In this document: positions 54,658 through 64,000 of the stretch, one piece after another
How the letters are laid out: each line of letters opens with the position of its first letter
How positions within the stretch are numbered: the stretch's first letter is position 1
NCBI GenBank assembly: GCA_964016885.1
Contig: OZ024741.1
Location: 160,084,001 to 160,148,000, forward strand
Length of the DNA: 64,000 nt
Direction: 5' to 3'
Source of the DNA: Eledone cirrhosa
Lineage: Eukaryota
Translations under genes and position numbers: made by a program
Notes under the pieces: generated by a model
Seen by the model: only the letters and a program-made list of their open reading frames with translations
What the model was told of the DNA's origin: nothing
The model's database searches: none

Positions 54658-54701
<44 letters not shown>

Positions 54702-55009
54702 GTGTGTGTGTATACATAATACATACATACATATATATATATATATAATACATACATACACATATAATCCACAGTCGATCGACTTCCGTCAAAGCGGACT
54801 GATGAAACAATGTTTCCATTGGTATTTCCAATTACAAATACTATCTATCGGTCGCAACTCCAGGTAGAAGGAGCAACGTGAAATAAAGTGTCTTGCTCAA
54901 GGTCATAACTCATCGCCCGGTCCAGGAATCGAACTCACAACCTCAAGAGTGTGAATCCAATTCTCTAACCACTCAGCCATATATATGTATATATACATAT
55001 ATATATATG

Positions 55010-55042
<33 letters not shown>

Positions 55043-55061
55043 GTGTGCATGTGTGTGTGTG

Positions 55062-55095
<34 letters not shown>

Positions 55096-55319
55096 TGAAG
55101 GCGTGTGGCGGAGTGGTTAGAGAATTGGATTCGCAATCGTAAGGTTGTGAGTTCGATTCCTGGACAAGGCGATGCGTTATATCCTTGAGCAAGTTATATT
55201 ATTTCACGTTGCTCCTTCTACCTGGAGTTGCGACCGATAGATAGTATTAGCAATTGGAAAGACCAACGGAAACATTGTTCCCTCGGTCCGATTTGACGAA
55301 AGTCGATCGTTCCTATAAA

Positions 55320-55358
<39 letters not shown>

Positions 55359-55360
55359 CA

Positions 55361-55393
<33 letters not shown>

Positions 55394-55910
55394 GTATATC
55401 TACATATCTATCTACATATATATATAATTTTGTATATACTCAGCTAAAGTTTGAGTACCTGGCTTATTGTGGTTACCCCCGATTGAACCCGACACACACA
55501 CACACACACACACATATATCTATGAATATATGAAATTCGTAAAAAAGGTAAGAAACTCAGACGCAGAAAATGACTAAACCTAGTCGGTTGCAATATATAA
55601 AATAATAGGAAATCGGGCGGAAAGAACGAGCCAATGTCCGCTTGGGATGAAAGCAGGAATTATTTGCTTAAACGTTTGATCGGTACTAATAATAAATAAA
55701 TAAATAAATTATATATATATATATAGATATACATATATATATATATACATATATATAGATATATATATATATACACATATATATATATATATAGATATAT
55801 AATCTATATGTATATATGTATATATGTGTGTTTATATATATATATGTGTGTGTTTATATATATATATATATATATACGTATATATATAATGTATATATAT
55901 ATATGTATGC

Positions 55911-55964
<54 letters not shown>

Positions 55965-55975
55965 ATGTATGCAGA

Positions 55976-56024
<49 letters not shown>

Positions 56025-56161
56025 TTATGTATACAAATGAAACAGTGGAAGTCCTGTAGAATTCATTTCTATAGATAATAAACATGCATATACGCTACCA
56101 ACATATTGTATTGAGTGCGCTTTTTAATTGTGATTGCCTCCAAGACAACTGGGGAACCTAC

Positions 56162-56219
<58 letters not shown>

Positions 56220-56335
56220 ATATATATATAATATATATATGTATGTATGTAAAAGGTAAACAGAAATAACAACACAATCGGTACAGTACATGGAAGGTAT
56301 ATATTAGGTTAACGCTTGATATAGCAGGAAGAGGG

Positions 56336-56371
56336 TCTTAACGTTTCGGACGCTAGTCCTTCATCAGAAGA
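56336..56371 (-). ncRNA. Minimal type I hammerhead ribozyme
   Basis: TCTT-CTGATGA-AGGACTAGCGTCC-GAAA-CG-TT^AAGA; family tails at 57285-57325, 58470-58562 and 61352-61465. Confidence 0.7.
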
Positions 56372-56386
56372 AAGGATGAGAAATAA

Positions 56387-56437
<51 letters not shown>

Positions 56438-56527
56438 ATTAAAGGGTGTGGAAAAAATCACTTTGCCACAGATGTTGATGTTCAATATTAATATTTCATT
56501 TATAATTACTATACATATACATATATA

Positions 56528-56608
<81 letters not shown>

Positions 56609-57115
56609 TGTAAACACAATCGGTACAGTAAATGTAAACACAATCGGTACAGTATATTAGGTTAACGCTTGATATACCAGGAATACCAACGATCTTCGTT
56701 AGTTTTATATTATATATATATGTTTGTGTGTGTGTGTATCTGTGTGTGTATGCGTGTATATGCGTGTGCATATGTGTGTGTGTGTGTGTCTGTGTGTGTA
56801 TGTGTGTGTGTGTGTGTGTGTGCGTTACATAATAGAAGTGTTTATATAAAATATATATAAATACATAATATTTTTAACGGTCCGGAGGAAATTTTTCAAT
56901 TTTTATTTAATGAAACCTATATAGTATTTTATCTATATGCATTCACCAAAGTACAAACAATCAATACACCCTCGTATAATAAATTGTATATGATATAGTA
57001 CATGTAATTGTTATGGGCCAGTGTTATAACTGGTATCTCAAAGTAAAGAAAAAATTTTGCTTTAGGACATCTATGGCCGGAATGAAGATAAATTCTTATG
57101 GAAAAGTGTATATGC

Positions 57116-57197
<82 letters not shown>

Positions 57198-57357
57198 ATA
57201 TGTGCGTGCGTTTATCTGTGTCTGTATCTGTTCGTTTATGTTTGTGTGCTTATATATATGTAAATGTATATATATATATATGTATGGAAAAGGTAAACAG
57301 AAATAACAACACAATCGGTACAATGCATGTGTGTATATATATATATATATGTATATG

Positions 57358-57443
<86 letters not shown>

Positions 57444-57469
57444 TAGATAGATAGATAGGTAGATAAGTT

Positions 57470-57645
57470 TCAATGGGGCTAACCACAGTAAGTAAGGAAC
57501 TCAACCCATAGCAGATTATAAATATTTAATATAGAAATGGCTTCTACAGGACTAGAACTGTTACATTCGGGAGAAATGATCAAGAAGCCGACTGTCCAAG
57601 TAATATGATGGTATTTATACCTTTTCTGGTGGTAGGAGATGCTGG
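57470..57645 (-). mobile_element. Degenerate family B copy
   Basis: Homologous to 25430-25680 with a mutated core. Confidence 0.7.
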
Positions 57646-57813
57646 TAATTAGGATGGGTGGTCATTGGTTGATGGATTTAAAGAAACGGGAATACTTTAA
57701 AAACTATATTTAGAGTAATAATATATATATATGTGTGTGACTGTGTGCGCATATATATATATATGTATATATATATACATATATATATATATAAATATAT
57801 ATATGTGCGTATG

Positions 57814-57948
<135 letters not shown>

Positions 57949-57980
57949 ACGGAAAAAATGAAACGAAATTTCATTTCTCA

Positions 57981-58019
<39 letters not shown>

Positions 58020-58558
58020 CGTATGTGTATGTATAAAACCATTATAAAACCATTATCTCACTTTTTCATATTAATGTCACACCAACAGACATGATATCTA
58101 TGAATACAAAAATAAGTATCATAACAAAACAAATTATAGACTAAAGAACACAACTTAGTTTCTGCCTGTCAAATCGAGAAAAACACAAACAGTTTTGAAA
58201 CATTGCTTTTATTAAGTTTCTGTAGGGAAGGGAATATTTGTTATCAATCCATTTTTTACATATGTTTCTTTATAAATTCATTATGGATCCTCTTACATTT
58301 TCCTATCTATATTATTATGTATTTATTCTTTAAAATGATTTCTTTCTAACTTAAACTCTACACACAGACAGTCACATTCATGTGTGTGTATATATATATA
58401 TATATATACATACAATCATATATACACACACACATGTATACAACTATATATATATATATATATATATAATAAGACCCTCTTCCTGCTATATCAAGCGTTA
58501 ACCTAATATATACCTTCCATATAGAGTACCGATTGTGTTGTTATTTCTGTTTACCTTT

Positions 58559-58613
<55 letters not shown>

Positions 58614-58669
58614 AGTCATTAGAGATATACTTCACTGCTTTACGATCGTTTCTAGATGGTGGATGCTTC

Positions 58670-58730
<61 letters not shown>

Positions 58731-58878
58731 CGGGTCCTGACTCTTTTCCTATTACCCACTCTACTACACTAAGTATCGAGTACTCTGGTGCCGAGATCAG
58801 GGAGACTACATATCATAGTATGAGACTACATATCAATGCATGAACTGTTTGTGTATATGGAGTATGTATATATGTATG

Positions 58879-58910
<32 letters not shown>

Positions 58911-59657
58911 TGTATGTACGTATGTATGTAGAGAGATGACCCCCTTAGCCTTTGTCAAGGCAGAATTCTAGGAGAAGGAAAACTCTGATATAACACCTGC
59001 AACCCTGATGGTATCCAATGATGTTGACTTGTCCTTCTTTTTGGTAAATATCATCTTGGTGAAGAGAGTGGGACTGGCTTTGTGCAGTGCCTTTGCTCAC
59101 TATAAAAGCTTCACGGCACAGGCATTGCTTTATATCTGGAGATCTCTCTGCACTTGTCGTCACATGGTACCATGGGCCCAGCACTATGTGTCAATAATTG
59201 TCACAGGTGTAGTGTTTGTACCAGAGTTTTCAAGTCGCTGGCTGGACTAAAAAGTCACACTCGTTCAGCGCTTAGGTAGGGGTTCTCCTACATTGATATA
59301 AAGTAGTGGCCGTACTCGAAAACGAGTTGGCAGCCACCATGTATGTATATATGATGTATGTATGTATTTATGTATGTATGTATGTATGTATGTATGTATG
59401 TATGTATGTATGTATGTATGCATGTATGTATCTATGTATATATATGTGTGTGTATGTATGTGTGTATGCATGCATGCATGCATGTATCTATGTATGTATC
59501 TATGTATGTATCTATGTATGTATGTATGTACGTATGTATGCATGTATGTATCTATGTATGTATGTGTGCAACACTGACCGTGAAAAGCCTTAACTTGGAC
59601 GTAAACATACCCCAAAACTAAGTACGGACCCGAGCAAACGTAAACCATACACCTATG

Positions 59658-59731
<74 letters not shown>

Positions 59732-59741
59732 TATATGTATG

Positions 59742-59793
<52 letters not shown>

Positions 59794-60071
59794 ATATTAA
59801 TTTAACAACGAAACTAATAACAAAGTCAAATTATTTTACCTATTCATATCATTGTTTTACGGGCGTTTCGGAGGGTTGATCATATTGACATATTGACTGA
59901 TCTATAGCAGTTACATAACTGTATACTATCAGACATTGCATATAGGTTCGATCAGATCCTCTTCTTCGAAGGGTACACCACATTGAAAAAAAAAAAAAAA
60001 TTTATATTCATATACATATATATGTGTGTGTGTCTATATATGTATACATATGTATATATATACATATATAT

Positions 60072-60128
<57 letters not shown>

Positions 60129-60392
60129 TATATACATATATATGGTATGTATTTATATATATATTAATATATATATACACACATATATATATACATATAT
60201 ATGGTATGTATTTATATATATAGTAATAAGGACATTTATAGTTATATATGTTTAATACAACTATAAATATGGAGGGAAGTATTAAGTACTAGCCGGTTAC
60301 CGGTATGAAAAAGGCTCAATGCAATATATATATACGTATATACATATATACATATGCGTATATGCATTTATATATATATATATATAAGTTTA

Positions 60393-60447
<55 letters not shown>

Positions 60448-60479
60448 TTAATGATGTATGATGTATGATATATATATAT

Positions 60480-60590
<111 letters not shown>

Positions 60591-60752
60591 GTGAGTTTTT
60601 TTTTACAAAATGAAAAATAACCGAGGTGTCCTACACGAGTGAAAGTATAAAGAAAAAAAGATGAAATCGAAAATGCAACTGGAGTCTTATTTAAAAAAAA
60701 TATATATATATTTATTTGGTTCCTTTACCGGTTTCGCAGTTCTTCTGCTTTT

Positions 60753-60851
<99 letters not shown>

Positions 60852-61498
60852 TCATACATCATTAAATTTGTCACCAATATACAAAATGAAAGATCGCTAA
60901 AATAAATTTAACTCAGATTAGCAAATAAATATAATGCATTTAATACAAAGTCACTGCGGGGTAGATCCCAATAATGTAATCTAAAATGAGAATACTTCAC
61001 AAGTATCTTTCCCTAGAACTAGAGTCTTAGTTACGAATCCTAAAACTAGCTTTAAATTGCCTAATTATAAACCCATCCCTACGGAGAAATGCTTATATAG
61101 TGTTTTTATTTTACTTTCCCTTGGACCCACTCCTCAGTGATTTTTTTATATGTTCTCTATGTATATGTATGTATATACCTGGATAGAACCAATTTGAAAC
61201 TAGTTAAAGAGCATTACTCAATAGAGTACTCGATACTTGGGTTAGTAAAGTATGGCTATATTACAAAGAGTAGGCGCCCGACGGCTGAGCTCTTGCCGTT
61301 TCAACAGCTGGTTCCAGACTATATATGTATATATACATACGTATATATATGTAGGACTAGCGTCCGAAACGTTAAGACCATGTTCCTGCATTTTCCAGCG
61401 TTAACTTAATATATTCCTTCCATATACTGTACCAGGCGTGTTGTTATTTCTGTTTATCTTTTACATACACACACAGACACGCGCACACACACACATAT

Positions 61499-61575
<77 letters not shown>

Positions 61576-62032
61576 TATAAATATATATATATATATAACT
61601 TTCGTTCGGTGTTATATAAATTGGACTACCTTCCAGCTACATCATTATAAACGATGTTTCTTCTCTGAAGATTCTATGAAAATATCCCTTATAACAATAT
61701 ATATGCATACGTACACACCTACATGGATAGAACTGTTATATTGATATCAAGTAAATGAAGGGGGTACATTTTGTTTTTCAATGTATTGCCTTCTCCTCCA
61801 TTTAAGTTGCTTATATATATATATATATATGTGTATTGCTTCACCATTTTGTTTGTTTACCCTCGCGTCCCCTTTATTTACGTGTCCCAACGTCTTTTTT
61901 TAGCCGTTGCTCGCACCAACCGGAGGTATATGGTCTTTAAAGCGATGAAATGCCTATGATGGTTGGAAGATCACTGATGAAGGACAAACTTTTTTCATAT
62001 GTAACCCATTTGCAACTCCGCAGCGCCATTAT

Positions 62033-62104
<72 letters not shown>

Positions 62105-62230
62105 GTGAAAGCAGCGATTCTTGCTTAAACTTTAGTCTGTTATTTTAATAAATATTTGCTCTAGGATTCTTATATATTTATCCTTATCGAGCCCTCTTTG
62201 GATTTTAGTCTTCGCATTTATTATTATTAC

Positions 62231-62297
<67 letters not shown>

Positions 62298-62370
62298 CCA
62301 CTCTACTACTCTAAGTATTGAGTACTCTGGTGCGTTATGGTCCATCTGGTTCCTTACCACAACTCCTTCG

Positions 62371-62424
<54 letters not shown>

Positions 62425-62432
62425 ATATATAT

Positions 62433-62612
62433 CTTTCACCGTATTTTTGACTAAAGGAATTTTAGCTTGATAACGGGGTTTAGAACCCTCAGATAAATGG
62501 AAAAAGATGAGTATTGACGTACATGGGAGCAATACTCATCTTTTTCCATTTATCTGAGGGTTCTAAACCCCGTTATCAAGCTAAAATTCCTTTAGTCAAA
62601 AATACGGTGAAA
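62433..62612. repeat. About 83-bp-arm palindrome next to (TA)n
   Basis: ctttcaccgtatttttgactaaagg..gagtattg is mirrored by caatactc..cctttagtcaaaaatacggtgaaag. Confidence 0.9.
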
Positions 62613-62943
62613 GCTATATATTTTCTAATTTCAAACTCGCTCACTGTTTCAAAACATACTTACTTGATATATATATATATATGTGTGTGTGTGGGTGTGT
62701 GTGTATGTATATATATATGTATATATTGGCAAAGAACAAAACAAAAACAAGTTCACAGGTTGTTTTCAATTAACTAATATAAACTGGATTAATTGTATAT
62801 ATGTATGCACGCATGCATGTATGTAGGCGCTTATTTATATATATGTTTGCATACACATAATCTTATAGAAATATGTATAGATAAAAAAACTATATACATA
62901 CATACACAAAAACATGGACACCCAAACACACACACACACTCAC

Positions 62944-62989
<46 letters not shown>

Positions 62990-62990
<1 letters not shown>

Positions 62991-63130
62991 TAGAATAGAA
63001 AACGAAAACTCAGTGATGCATCTGAACTCAATTTATTGTTTTCTATTCTATCATACTCTGCTCTGTAAGAGCATAGAGTGCTCAACCAACATACCGCCTA
63101 TGAAAGCATCATAGCTACCATCAGATACCC
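62990..63130. mobile_element. Family G short end (-) joined to long end (+) with hairpin at 63055-63079
   Basis: Matches 44455-44520 and 47550-47632. Confidence 0.7.
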
Positions 63131-63316
63131 ACCCACCGACACACACACATATATATATATATGCAGATATATGTATGTTTCGGTATATATTTATTCAAAT
63201 ATATCTATTTTTTCATCTATCTATCTATTTATCTATCCATATATTTAACATTACCTATTGAGTACGCTGAGATGCAACCGGTCCTAGCAGTGATACCCAT
63301 GCTAGTTCCGTCCACT

Positions 63317-63360
<44 letters not shown>

Positions 63361-64000
63361 ACGAATTACAGTATGTGTATCTGGGTACGGGTAATATGTT
63401 AGGAGAAATTTTTATCGGAGGAATAAGTTTGTCTGAGTTACCACTTTCAAGGTTTCAATAAAGCATATCAATCTTAGTGGTCATATCAATATGCTATGTA
63501 TTATATCGATCTCTATAGGACAAATGTCTCCCTATGCATATATATATGCATTATATATATATACATATATATATATGTATGTATAGAATAAATTATATTA
63601 CCGATATAAAAGACACAGAAGCGAAAAGCGAAAACCAACCAAACAGTGAGTGTGTTCTGTTATTAATTCTGGCAATATTACACAAATATGACTCTCCCCA
63701 AGTATAACAATATATGTATGTATATATATATATATATGTGTGTGTGTATGTATGTGTGTACATATATATACATATATATATATACATGCATTTAACTATT
63801 TACATACATAGTTACAGACTTATGTATGTAATATATATAATGATGATATGTGCATATTTATACATATATATATACATGTACACACACACACTCTCTCACA
63901 CGCACACACACACACACACACAGAGATATATGTATATATATAGAGGCTCTAAAAATTTTACTTTTTAGCCTATATACTATTTGAGCTATTTAAGGTGTAA

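Noticed and set aside
59845-59975. Possible HHR on the minus strand (also CTGAAGA/CTGATGA at about 17174, 61666 and 61975, and a degenerate core at about 44300)
   Set aside because: Core mutated or stems unsupported; at most decayed copies.

Overview
Eukaryotic, AT-rich DNA dominated by (TA)n, (CA)n, (GA)n, (CATA)n and (ATCT)n microsatellites. The repeat content (Nin-, CORE- and Meta-like SINEs, RTE, Tx1 and Penelope retroelements) suggests a coleoid cephalopod such as Octopus; this is inference. The only host-gene signal is a first coding exon with a SNAG domain ([11 protein letters not shown], Gfi1/senseless-like) at 21404-21644, followed by an apparently >42 kb intron. Mobile DNA includes three Tx1/L1-clade LINE copies, Penelope-like (GIY-YIG) remnants, RTE fragments, Tc1/mariner relics and SINEs. 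The main discovery concerns the short unique-looking islands between (TA)n tracts. Many are ends of more than 10 sequence-divergent families of type I hammerhead ribozyme (HHR) elements, with about 20 recognisable HHR cores. They occur as 483-bp tandem arrays or as fold-back palindromes. Downstream of the ribozyme these families share a covarying bulged hairpin: ACUC/GAGU, GUUC/GAAC or GCUC/GAGC, then an upper stem, with a 3' U or UN bulge. One class of element ends falls at a TA a few nt 5' of this hairpin. All structures were folded by eye; no searches were run.
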